This document shows, in pieces, positions 7,797 to 17,650 of a DNA stretch of 64,000 bases (within the stretch, counting starts at the first letter, position 1; each line of letters opens with the position of its first letter). The notes under the pieces are model-generated. The model saw only the letters and a list, made by a program, of their open reading frames with translations. It was not told the origin of the DNA and searched no databases. A program made the translations under genes and the position numbers. The stretch is from Candidatus Cloacimonadales bacterium (GTDB lineage: Bacteria; Cloacimonadota; Cloacimonadia; Cloacimonadales; DAONDQ01), in NCBI GenBank assembly GCA_963662275.1, contig OY759316.1:1568001-1632000 (forward strand). The letters run 5' to 3'.

Positions 7797-10772
7797 CTAA
7801 ATAGATTTAATTCCTAATAGCATTGCATCTAAAAGACGCTTTTCCTCACTACCAATGGGATACAAAGCTGAGAGGGAATTGGATAATCTGATAAAGTCCT
7901 GTCCGTTTTCTATTTCGCTCTTGAGCAATGCTCTAAGAGAATTTGTCTGTCCGTTTGCCTGTAACAACATTGCAGCGTGAACTCGATCAAGTGTCGTTAC
8001 CATGGTCGGTTTATGGTCTGTTTCAGCTCCGGATAAACTAACTTTCTTGCCTCTTATCTTTGGCATAGGTTTTACATCATATTCTGGAAACAAAGTTAAC
8101 TGCTCACTTACATTAAATGTTGAATCAACTTGGGAAATAGTATTTGTCCCAAATAATAATACTTCTCTCTCGGAAATCGGCAGAAGTCTTACTGTGCCTT
8201 TTTCTATTTCGATTATTCTGTGGTTCCATTTATTGAGATCTATCCCCAGTGGCTGTGCAAAACGTCGCGCAACATCATAAACCAAAGAATAACCACCTTT
8301 GACTTTTACTTTTTTGGTGCTTTCCTCATCTCCGTCATCATCTTCATCGCAATTACTGTCTATGTTTTCAAGGGGAATCCCTGTGGATTGTAATGTCCAT
8401 AGAAATAACGCCGTTAGCCGTGCATCTTCTTCCAAGGCTCCCGCAGCTCCATTTCTTGCTTTGGATTCTTCAGTTCCTAAAATCTGTTCTAAAGCAATTC
8501 TGCCAACTACTTCCCACACCTTCCCCAAATACCTAGCTATACTTACTTCTTTTCCATCAGCTTCTTCAACTTTGGAATAACGGCTGAAGATTTCTAAAGC
8601 AGGTCCTATGCAAGAAAAAACTAAATCTGCTCCCCTGATACCTTCAGCCTCTAATTTATCAATCCAAACACCAACTTTGTTAGGAAGCTCCTTAATAACT
8701 TCTGACCATTCTCCAACATTTGCATCAACTGGACGTGGACGACAAACGAGGTGAACACTTGAAAGCAACATAGCTTTTTTTACACCACCTTGGGAACCAC
8801 CTACTTTATTTTCCATTTCAGTTTTGATTGGCCAGGACGCAGTAATGGTGAATCCCGCATTTAATAGTCCAGAAAGTAGTGCTTCCCATCCTTCTGTTGT
8901 TTTATGAGCAAAGACTACTGAGCAAATTCCATCTTCCTTTAAAATCCTTCTGCCTTCAACAAATGCTTTACCCATCTGAGATTCGAAAAATTCTTTATTT
9001 TTTATCCGACCTTGATATGATCTTGTCTCATCTTGGACAATTTCTCTATCTTTGGGACTTAAATTGTTCATGCTGTTATAGGGATCTTTTAACATAGGGT
9101 GATTAGGTAATAAACGCTTTAACCAAACAAAAAAGAAATCAGATAAATCTGAATACGGTATTGCGTCATAATAGGGCGGATCAGTAAATAGCACCCCAAC
9201 TGATTCAGTAGCTAAGGGAGATTCACATGCATCCAATTGTTGTACTTGTCCAACTGAGTATTTAGACCTTTCTATAAATGCAATAATTTGATCTAAGGCT
9301 TTACGAAAATCGCCTGTTGAAGAAGCCAAAACATTAGCTTCAGCAAAATCCCATACAATTGGCATAGCTTGACGTCCAAAAGAATCCATCAAAGACTCGC
9401 CAGTAGGTTTCCACCTGCATAAACTATTATTTTGCATAGCTGCTTTGGTAATGCTGAACGCTATTAATTCGGCTATTTTAGGATTTAGAGATTTATGAAG
9501 ATCTACAATACTTTGTAAGGTTACCAATTGACGACAGTTGAACATTGAACGGTATCTAAAGATACCATATTTTTGAACAGAAAATGCTCTTCCGGCACCA
9601 GAACCTCCACCTACAGGTGTAGGTTCATCTGGAAATGGACATGAACCATCTTTTCCTCTATTATTCCAATCATCCATTACAACTTGGACTTTATCTTGTG
9701 CCTTCTTTACCACACTATAGTCAGATTCAGTAGGCAATCTATAACTCCTCCCAACCACTCCATTCTTAGAAGTAACTACAGCCAATAACAATGCACCACC
9801 TACACGTGCACCTTTAGTATCGAATATAGTATCTGCACCTCCGTTTTGGGTCATTAATTGAGATCGAACACGTTCAGGTTGTAAAACAGCCCCACAGCAT
9901 AAGCAAGTAGCTTTTGCTCTAGACACAGTTGGTCCTGCAACATCATTTTCATTTTTGGGCTCAAAAATATCAAAATCAACTAATGGTGTACCATCACGTG
10001 TTGTAGTTTTGAGATAATGCAAAGCAAGTTTCTTATTTGGCTTCTTGCAAAGCCAGAAACTTCTAATCAATGGTATTTCTGCACCACAATTAGGTGCTTC
10101 GCACCTGACAGTCCTTGCCCAAAGATACACAACCGGTTGTGATCCATTAGATTCATTTGGATAATATTCTAGTAATTCTGTCCTTGCTTTTGCAAGTATC
10201 TCGTCACCAGCGGAACGAAGTTCTTCAACAAGATGTGAGTTTGAACGGGGTATGTCTTCCAACATTACTTTCAAAATAAGGCAAGCGACAGGATTAAGGT
10301 CACTGGCAAAAGCATCACAACCTATTCTAAGAGCTTCCAAAGGAATGCTCCCTCCACCAGCGAAAGGATCAACAACAAGTGGCGTTTCTTCAGGATAAGC
10401 AGCTTTGACTAATGCTCTACTTACTTCCAAAAACTTTGGTTGATGTGCGTTATCCCAATTTGCAAAATCAGCGATGAATTGAAATAACTTTCTCTGCAAA
10501 TCATAGTCTGTATTACCAACACTACCGCTAACTTTCGGTAGCAACTTTCTTGCAATTGCCTTGAAATCACCTGGGCAAAGTGGATCACAGGGGTCAGGTA
10601 GTAATAATGCCATCAGCATAGCCCTGCATGATGCTAGAGGACGTCTTGCCCACCATAGATGCAATGTGCTCGGATGTCCGTGTTTTATAGATTTCTCTTT
10701 TACAGCATGTCTTGATACTTCCGCAATAGGAAAATCCACTTCAGCAAGACGTTTACATTCTTTGGGGATCAT
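7797..10772 (-). CDS. DUF1156-domain adenine DNA methyltransferase with Zn ribbon
   Basis: HLWWARRPLA; motif I DPFAGGGSIPLEA; catalytic TDPPYYD; CEAPNC/CLCC Zn ribbon. Confidence 0.92.
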   Translation of the reverse strand: MIPKECKRLAEVDFPIAEVSRHAVKEKSIKHGHPSTLHLWWARRPLASCRAMLMALLLPDPCDPLCPGDFKAIARKLLPKVSGSVGNTDYDLQRKLFQFIADFANWDNAHQPKFLEVSRALVKAAYPEETPLVVDPFAGGGSIPLEALRIGCDAFASDLNPVACLILKVMLEDIPRSNSHLVEELRSAGDEILAKARTELLEYYPNESNGSQPVVYLWARTVRCEAPNCGAEIPLIRSFWLCKKPNKKLALHYLKTTTRDGTPLVDFDIFEPKNENDVAGPTVSRAKATCLCCGAVLQPERVRSQLMTQNGGADTIFDTKGARVGGALLLAVVTSKNGVVGRSYRLPTESDYSVVKKAQDKVQVVMDDWNNRGKDGSCPFPDEPTPVGGGSGAGRAFSVQKYGIFRYRSMFNCRQLVTLQSIVDLHKSLNPKIAELIAFSITKAAMQNNSLCRWKPTGESLMDSFGRQAMPIVWDFAEANVLASSTGDFRKALDQIIAFIERSKYSVGQVQQLDACESPLATESVGVLFTDPPYYDAIPYSDLSDFFFVWLKRLLPNHPMLKDPYNSMNNLSPKDREIVQDETRSYQGRIKNKEFFESQMGKAFVEGRRILKEDGICSVVFAHKTTEGWEALLSGLLNAGFTITASWPIKTEMENKVGGSQGGVKKAMLLSSVHLVCRPRPVDANVGEWSEVIKELPNKVGVWIDKLEAEGIRGADLVFSCIGPALEIFSRYSKVEEADGKEVSIARYLGKVWEVVGRIALEQILGTEESKARNGAAGALEEDARLTALFLWTLQSTGIPLENIDSNCDEDDDGDEESTKKVKVKGGYSLVYDVARRFAQPLGIDLNKWNHRIIEIEKGTVRLLPISEREVLLFGTNTISQVDSTFNVSEQLTLFPEYDVKPMPKIRGKKVSLSGAETDHKPTMVTTLDRVHAAMLLQANGQTNSLRALLKSEIENGQDFIRLSNSLSALYPIGSEEKRLLDAMLLGIKSI

Positions 10773-11752
10773 CTTTTCTTTTTCCCCTTATATTTTGAAA
10801 TGGCATTTACGATTTCCTCTCTCGATAAGTGTTTTATCAATTCAACCATGTTTGACGAGTATTTTATTAACATACCTGTATCATCCTTCCAGCAGTAGAG
10901 TATGTTTTTTTTTATTTCATATTCGTAACAGATAGATTGGAATACATGTTGAGTTAGCTTTATACCCTTTATCTCACCAATCTTTATAAGAATATCTTTC
11001 TGTCTAAAAGGATGGCTTTTATTGGGATCAACCTGTCTTTGTAAAACTAAAGGTCCTTTTGATTGATCATTCGTTATCCCGACGTTAAAATCAGCAGAAC
11101 CAACTTTTTTAATTGATTGAAGATTTATTGTATATATACTGAAAAACCTTGCTGTATCCAGTTTTTCTGATTCTAAATGACTAATTGAAGTCCTAAGTTC
11201 CTGAATGAATTGCATTATCGCTGGATCATTCTTTTCTGTACTATTTGATATATACTCAATTGGATTATATGGTGGTCGTATACCTATTGGTAGCAATACC
11301 CAAGATATTTTATCTTCGAGATTTATACCAAAAACCTCATGAATATAATCTTTGTAATTCATTATGTTTGCTTGAAGAAGACTATATATAATTATCTTAA
11401 ATCCAGGTTTGTTATAAAAATGTACGACATTATTCCTGAATGTACAAATTGCATTGAGATTCTGATATATTGCTTCCGGCATAAGTGAACTCGGTAAACA
11501 TTCTTTGGACCTCTCAAATGCTTGAAACCAATTCAGTGTTTTATAGGTACTTGTCTTTTCTTTAGGTCTATATATACTTATTTTATTCCTTGCTAGGATA
11601 GCCTTGAATAATAATTCCCATGCGTTAATCGCTAATATCGAAACGCACTCCTCCCTGTATTCCATTGTTGGTTTGTTGTATATCTCAATAAGCGCAATTA
11701 TAGCTGAAACGGAATTATCTCTCAATTTAGTGTAAGACCCAATATAATTCAA
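10769..11752 (-). CDS. DUF3644-family protein, HEPN-like RNase motif
   Basis: IEIYNKP..YREE..ILAINAWELLFKA signature; RNNVVH (RxxxxH); TTG start. Confidence 0.75.
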   Translation of the reverse strand: MNYIGSYTKLRDNSVSAIIALIEIYNKPTMEYREECVSILAINAWELLFKAILARNKISIYRPKEKTSTYKTLNWFQAFERSKECLPSSLMPEAIYQNLNAICTFRNNVVHFYNKPGFKIIIYSLLQANIMNYKDYIHEVFGINLEDKISWVLLPIGIRPPYNPIEYISNSTEKNDPAIMQFIQELRTSISHLESEKLDTARFFSIYTINLQSIKKVGSADFNVGITNDQSKGPLVLQRQVDPNKSHPFRQKDILIKIGEIKGIKLTQHVFQSICYEYEIKKNILYCWKDDTGMLIKYSSNMVELIKHLSREEIVNAISKYKGKKKR

Positions 11753-11815
11753 TTAATTCTCCTATTCCAAACCTCTATTTTAATTTATTAGATTAATACA
11801 TATATCAATTTTAGT

Positions 11816-14800
11816 TCATTTATATAGGTTTTGTGTATTTAAAGTGTAATGTTGTATTTTCTTAACTTCATTCCATTGAAATCTTGCAGGATCGGATATC
11901 GGTTCCTGAAGTGCAGGAGTAGAAGAGCAATTAGTTACAATATATAACCAAAAGCAATCACGACGGTCTTCTGCTACTCTTCTTTCATTGGGCGTGAGAA
12001 TAATCGTGCCGGTTTGAGCACCGATACCTTTAATTTCGATAAGACGTAGTTCACCGGAATTAACATCGAGACTTGTAATATCATAACCTAAATTCTTTTC
12101 ATGTACATCACAAACCTCTCTGCCTTGAGATTTTTCATATTCCATTACCACTTCCATGGCTATGGCTTCTGTTACAGGATTAGATTTAAGATTGCTAAGA
12201 TTATCATTCCTTGATTCTGGGTAAGGTAAAACGACAATACTTGTAAACCGTTCTACTCCTTGCAATGTAAGAGACCGTTGTCGTTCAAGTTCTCTGCGGC
12301 GCTTATCTCGTCGGGCTAAGACTTCAGCATGCCGATTTTCAGCTTGAGCTAAACGTCCTTCAGCACCAATAATACCTCGTTCTTTGTCATCATTAGCTTT
12401 CCCAATTTCTTCATCAACCTTCAGAAGAATTTCAGTGAGTGAAAGCTCAATATGAAGTTCTATGCGGGTAATCTCACCTATTCTTTCAGTACGGATTTCT
12501 TCTAAGAAAGGAATTAAAGCTTGTTCATTTAACCATATAGAAGCATCAGGCAGACAAGCAACTGCGGGAGGTTCAGATAAGTTTTCTATTGGTAAGTAAT
12601 CTCCTATTATGCCTGGTTCTTTGAGAACCGGTTCATGGTTTTCACCTAACTCTAAAACAAATATTCGCTCGTGTATTGTATTCCCAAGACCATCTACAAC
12701 CTTGGCTTTATAGAAATCATATCGCATAGGTTCAGTACTTTGTAAGGAGTAGAAATAAGCTCCTTTGCTTAACTCAATCTGGGAGATATTAACAATATAC
12801 TTGCGTAAGGCTTCAAAAAGAGGATGACCAGGAGTTACCCATTCAAGATTGTTCTTTTCAGCAACTTCCCTATCAGTGGTACAGCGTGGGTATTGATTTG
12901 CCAAAGGTGGAAGCTTCCATGTCATTTCCGTTTCAATACGTTTCAGATTCATAGGTGTCTTGGATGGGTCAAAAGTATGAATCAACTTTTCATTTGTTTT
13001 AATAGTGAAATTAGCTTGTTTGGCAGCTTCAGTGATAAATCGTGCAATGGTTTCAGGAACAAGACGTTTCTCCTGAGCTAAAGCCCGTCTTTCGATCAGC
13101 ATGCTTAAGTTTAATCTTTTTGAAGCCAATCCTTCCAGAGCATTTTGACAGATCGAACGGAATCGAGATTCATCAACATTTTGCAGAATCCTTACTTCCA
13201 AATCTGCATCCCCGAGCTTTCCAGCATAATAATCCCTTAAAATACGTTCAATTTGATCTGATGGCAAGATTTCTCCGACCACATTAAAAACGGCATCATC
13301 ATCAAGAGCATCTCGGATTTCCTGTAGTTTATCAAGCAGCTTTTGCAAAACCCTACCTTCGATTGTATTTGAAGCTACAAAATTGAATATTAGGCAATCC
13401 TTTTTCTGACCATATCTATGAATACGCCCCATACGTTGTTCAAGGCGATTGGGATTCCAAGGAATGTCATAGTTAAACATGATGTTACACATTTGAAGAT
13501 TAATACCTTCTCCAGCAGCTTCAGTCGCTACAAGAATTTGATATTCACCTTCTCTGAACATCTGTTCAGAATATAAGCGTGTACCTGGTTCGTTACGTGT
13601 TCCGGGTTTCATTCCACCATGGATGTAACCAACCGCAAACCCCCATGCTTTTAATTTCTCAACGAGATAATTTAAAGTATCCTTGAATTCTGTAAAAATA
13701 AGTAGTCTTCTGTCTTTATGATCAAAAAAACCTTGGTTTTGCAACACATCTTTAAGCTTGGATAATTTGGCTTCAGCATTCAATTGTTCAACTGCTTCTG
13801 CCAATTTGGCTAATTCTTTTAGTTCTTTAATCTCTTCTTTAACTTGCTCAGCATTTTGGACTAATGTTACTGCATCTAATATTGATTCGAGTCTTTCCCG
13901 CTCCATGTCTTCCATTTCTTCCCATTCTTCTTCATCAGGAAGGTCTGAAGGCATAAATTTTGATAACATATGAGCTTGTTTGAGACCATCTTCCAAGCGC
14001 GTGATACGATTTAGCAGACTGTGCCGCATAGCATAGGTGCTCGAGGCTAATCGTCTTTGGTACATTGACATCAGGAAACCGATGGCTCTCGCTCTGGGAT
14101 CATTCCCTTGTGCTGCTGCAATTGTACTTTGCCTTTTAACAAAGTTCGTTATTTCGCAATATAAATCAAACTCCTGATTATCAATGGCAAAAGAAACAGT
14201 ATGTGTAATCCGCTTTGTAAATATCTTGGAAGCTGCCCAAGTACCATCAGATATCTTTTCAGGAAAATAGACCATTGCTTCTTTGGTTCTTCTAAGATAG
14301 AATGGTGCTCGCTGGTTCACCATAGCCTGATTGATAGATTTTACATCAGCGAAAGCGTCTTTGTCCAATAGTTGAAGGAAATAGGAAAAATTCTCAGGGT
14401 CACCTTTGTGGGGTGTTGCAGTTAAAAGTAAATAATGGTCTGATATATCCCTTAAAAGCTCACCAAGTAGATATCTTGCCGTTTTACCACCGGAAGAACA
14501 TGACATACGATGGGCTTCGTCAACAATGATTAAGTCCCAATGGGTCTGACGTAGACCAGGTAAGATATCTTGTCGTTTCGCCAAATCAAGCGAAGTAATA
14601 ACTTTGTTATGTTCAAGCCATTGATTAACACCGAATTGTTCTCTGATGTCACCACCCTTGATGACTTGGAACTTCTCAGTAAATTTTTCATTCAATTCAC
14701 GTTGCCATTGGAATGATAGATTTGATGGACATACAATTAGTATTCTATCAGCCAAACCTCTTAAAGCCAATTCTCTAATTAGAAGACCTGCCATAATAGT

Positions 14801-15196
14801 CTTACCAGCTCCAGCATCATCAGCTAATAAAAATCTTATGCGAGCTAACTTGAGGAAATAATCATATACCGCTTCTAATTGATGGGGTAATGGATCAACC
14901 CGGGATATGGATAAACCGAAGTAAGGGTCAAATTCATAAGCTATGCCTAGCATATATGCTTGGATTCCTAAGCGAAGTAAATTACCATCGCCGTCATATT
15001 TATAGGTACTATCAGAAATTAATAATTTATCCAAGTCAGAATCAGTCAGGTTAACACTACGGAATATTTGACTATGAATTCCTACCAGACCAAGTACATT
15101 ATGTCCATTACTCTGAGAAATAACAGAAACAATCTTCATTGGTTCGTTGAACTGTGGTCCGTTCAGTATCTGACCAGGTTCTAATATGACTTCCAC
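11816..15196 (-). CDS. SNF2-family helicase with C-terminal DUF3883 (NO VEIN-like) nuclease domain
   Basis: LLADDAGAGKT, DEAH, TATPHKG, EAAGEGINLQ, EQRMGRIHRYGQ; C-terminal LGYDITS..IEIKG..LTPNE; GTG start. Confidence 0.93.
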   Translation of the reverse strand: MEVILEPGQILNGPQFNEPMKIVSVISQSNGHNVLGLVGIHSQIFRSVNLTDSDLDKLLISDSTYKYDGDGNLLRLGIQAYMLGIAYEFDPYFGLSISRVDPLPHQLEAVYDYFLKLARIRFLLADDAGAGKTIMAGLLIRELALRGLADRILIVCPSNLSFQWQRELNEKFTEKFQVIKGGDIREQFGVNQWLEHNKVITSLDLAKRQDILPGLRQTHWDLIIVDEAHRMSCSSGGKTARYLLGELLRDISDHYLLLTATPHKGDPENFSYFLQLLDKDAFADVKSINQAMVNQRAPFYLRRTKEAMVYFPEKISDGTWAASKIFTKRITHTVSFAIDNQEFDLYCEITNFVKRQSTIAAAQGNDPRARAIGFLMSMYQRRLASSTYAMRHSLLNRITRLEDGLKQAHMLSKFMPSDLPDEEEWEEMEDMERERLESILDAVTLVQNAEQVKEEIKELKELAKLAEAVEQLNAEAKLSKLKDVLQNQGFFDHKDRRLLIFTEFKDTLNYLVEKLKAWGFAVGYIHGGMKPGTRNEPGTRLYSEQMFREGEYQILVATEAAGEGINLQMCNIMFNYDIPWNPNRLEQRMGRIHRYGQKKDCLIFNFVASNTIEGRVLQKLLDKLQEIRDALDDDAVFNVVGEILPSDQIERILRDYYAGKLGDADLEVRILQNVDESRFRSICQNALEGLASKRLNLSMLIERRALAQEKRLVPETIARFITEAAKQANFTIKTNEKLIHTFDPSKTPMNLKRIETEMTWKLPPLANQYPRCTTDREVAEKNNLEWVTPGHPLFEALRKYIVNISQIELSKGAYFYSLQSTEPMRYDFYKAKVVDGLGNTIHERIFVLELGENHEPVLKEPGIIGDYLPIENLSEPPAVACLPDASIWLNEQALIPFLEEIRTERIGEITRIELHIELSLTEILLKVDEEIGKANDDKERGIIGAEGRLAQAENRHAEVLARRDKRRRELERQRSLTLQGVERFTSIVVLPYPESRNDNLSNLKSNPVTEAIAMEVVMEYEKSQGREVCDVHEKNLGYDITSLDVNSGELRLIEIKGIGAQTGTIILTPNERRVAEDRRDCFWLYIVTNCSSTPALQEPISDPARFQWNEVKKIQHYTLNTQNLYK

Positions 15197-15501
15197 TTAT
15201 TCTCTCCAAGTCATTATTTATGTATTCTACTTGCTTATCTGTAAATGAGCAAATTTTCTATTTTGAGTGAATCTTGTTCAAAGTACATTTAATTGATAAC
15301 AAATATATGCAGTTAATCTGTCAATTTGTTTTATATGGACTGTAACAACGAATAGAAGATTTTCAGAGAAAATCATCTCGCTCTACCCTTCGACATTTTC
15401 TCTAAACTCCAGAAAGACAGGCTAAGATTTATTGTCATGAATAATTACTTCTGACTAATAATCATAATTTTCTTGGCAAGGAATTCTTCTGGGACAAAGG
15501 A

Positions 15502-15529
15502 AAAGGGTGATGCATTGGCATCACCCTTT
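15502..15529 (-). terminator. Rho-independent terminator
   Basis: AAAGGGTGATGC-attg-GCATCACCCTTT, downstream of 15547..15804. Confidence 0.7.
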
Positions 15530-15546
15530 CCGCTGAATTATTAGTC

Positions 15547-15804
15547 TTACTTTATTAGTTTTTTATAATTATCAAAGCGTTCCAAATTTCTAAAATTCTT
15601 TAACGCAACACCATTTCTATTATTTTCACTTTCAAGGGCTTGAGTTCTAATATCGAAGGACACTTCCTTTGTGTATGTTGAACCATCTTTAAAATGCATC
15701 ATTTCAATTTTGTGATATGATATAGTTGGTATCAATATCATTACTTGTATAATTAACCCTAACCCTACTAAAAAGCTTACTGTCATTTTTAATTTCATTA
15801 CCAT
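15547..15804 (-). CDS. Small hypothetical protein with N-terminal hydrophobic segment
   Basis: 85-aa ORF, GAGG upstream, followed by a terminator; very AT-rich. Confidence 0.4.
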   Translation of the reverse strand: MVMKLKMTVSFLVGLGLIIQVMILIPTISYHKIEMMHFKDGSTYTKEVSFDIRTQALESENNRNGVALKNFRNLERFDNYKKLIK

Positions 15805-16602
15805 AGTTTTGGCAACCTCGCTTAATTATATTTTCTTCTAAAATCATAAATTTCCTTTTTGTATAATGCTACTTATGCGTAGCTTAATCAATCTGTTATT
15901 CTTAAATAAATACATGTTTTCAATAATCCAATTAATATCTGTGTACCTTTATGCTACTGGGTACTCTTACACGGTTTTAATTTTCATTCACCCCTCCTTT
16001 TAAGGGTTGTTAGTTGTCTTTTATGCATTTCAATATTTTTGAATGTTATAAGACATGCATATAATATAATCAAAATACGCTCCTATATGAGGTATTTCCC
16101 GCCTATAGCCTTATTTTAACCCTAGAAAACAATAGCCGTCCTATGTTGACGGCATTTAATTTTCGTAATCTTCTAAATACTATTAAGCTGAGGGCACTCT
16201 AATTAATGAGTAAATACTGTCAAGTCATTTATTTGCAATAAGTAAAGTATATACTTTTGCGGTCACTTGTGCCAAGGTAGCCTTGGCAGTAGGGGGTTAA
16301 AAAGTAAATAAAATTAAACATCAAGAGGCATAATATGTCATCTCTCCGAGATTCTAATGGTTTTGGGGATTCTTTCCTGTAGTTCCATTTCATTCCACTA
16401 CAGGTTATGATGTTTAATCCTTACAGGATTCGTAGCACGGACAGTCTTGTCTGTTTTGTGAGAGTGTCGTCTCAACGTCGAAACATCTACAGAAGTAAAT
16501 AGCCAATAGAGAATAGGGAATAGCTCAGAGAAGAAAGAGCAGATGGAGCCCTGAAAAAACAATTAAAAATTAAAAGTGAAAAATTAAGAATTGCCAGAGA
16601 AG

Positions 16603-16630
16603 AGGGATAGACACATGGGTCTATCCCTAC
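16603..16630 (-). repeat. GTAG-type REP hairpin directly after the stop of 16640..17098
   Basis: Minus strand GTAGGGATAGAC-ccatgt-GTCTATCCCT. Confidence 0.65.
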
Positions 16631-16639
16631 ATTTCAATT

Positions 16640-17098
16640 TCACATTTCATGTGTTAGCATATTCGCTTCTTCAATCACTGTGAGTAGCCCAGCATTCATA
16701 GCTTCAACAACAGACTTTACAGGATACTGATTTGAAATTATATCCTGTCTTGTTAAAGTAGCCAGATCCATTTCCGGGTGTTGTTTCTTCAACGACCAAA
16801 GCATTCTGGAAAACAGACCATAAGCCCTGATTGCAATTTTATCTTTTGTGGGATGTGTGCTTTGCAAAGCTAGGGCATAATTAGCCAGATCATGTTTATA
16901 ATCTGCTGAAACAGATTCAAACAGGAAATGCAGATTTTTTGTGATTTTACCGAATTTATGATTATCTTCTGTGATTTCACGATCCGGCAGATTTTTAACG
17001 ATTTGTAGTTCTCCGTTATTATACAGTGTATAGACAAGTTTCTCTTTACGATTTATACCGTGGAAACTTCTGACGGTATTTTTGAATTTAGTTTTCAT
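16640..17098 (-). CDS. 152-aa hypothetical protein, paralog of 2939..3397
   Basis: True start at ATG 17098 (GGAG RBS); MK.KF, LVY..YN.G, LF..MLW, DLA..T..DII and KSV..A..AG.L shared with the paralog. Confidence 0.8.
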   Translation of the reverse strand: MKTKFKNTVRSFHGINRKEKLVYTLYNNGELQIVKNLPDREITEDNHKFGKITKNLHFLFESVSADYKHDLANYALALQSTHPTKDKIAIRAYGLFSRMLWSLKKQHPEMDLATLTRQDIISNQYPVKSVVEAMNAGLLTVIEEANMLTHEM

Positions 17099-17234
17099 GA
17101 GATAACTCCATTTTACATTTAGGGTACAGCGTACAGGGTACAGTTCAGAGAAGAGAAGAGAATCAAACTCATCCGTCACTTCGTGCCACCTTCCCTTTAT
17201 CTCAAGGGAAGAATAAAAAACTGAAAAGAGCAGA

Positions 17235-17284
17235 CAGCAAGATCGGCGTCTTGCTTTACGACATCTGCAATTTTTCATTTTTAA
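17235..17284. repeat. Second copy of the 50-bp element at 1550-1599
   Basis: Direct repeat, 48/50 identical. Confidence 0.9.
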
Positions 17285-17325
17285 CTCTTAATTTTTAATT
17301 ACCACATATCTACCACAGTAAATAT

Positions 17326-17380
17326 GAGCTAGACATCACCTAAGAATCACCTAAGAACCACCTAAGAACGACCTAGACTT
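17326..17380 (-). repeat. 11-bp periodic repeat (CACCTAAGAAY-like x5)
   Basis: gagctagacat cacctaagaat cacctaagaac cacctaagaac gacctagactt. Confidence 0.85.
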
Positions 17381-17541
17381 TTTTAGGTTTTGTCTTTTTT
17401 TTGATTTCTTTTTGGTTCGTTTCTGTTTTTCTGGTATTCCATGAGGCTTATTTGGAAGTTCGAAGTGCGAAGTGCGAAGTACGAATCAGAAAAGAACGGA
17501 ATTTCTGCCGTGAATCCCTACACTCTTCCATTTTTCTCTGT

Positions 17542-17650
17542 ACTAGCACCTAATACCTAGCACCTAGAACCTTCTTCATACACATATATAGTCGGACAAA
17601 ATGCAGAAATCTGAGACAAATAGGGAATTATTTTCCAAATTGTGAAAATA
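17542..17650 (-). promoter_or_regulatory. Conserved upstream module, copy 2
   Basis: cctagcacctagaaccttc..CACATATATAGTCGGACAAA..GAGACAAA..AATTATTTT, aligns with 3481-3600. Confidence 0.6.

Noticed and set aside
17099..17278. N-terminal extension of ORF 16640..17278
   Set aside because: Translated repeat DNA; the RBS and paralog alignment place the start at 17098
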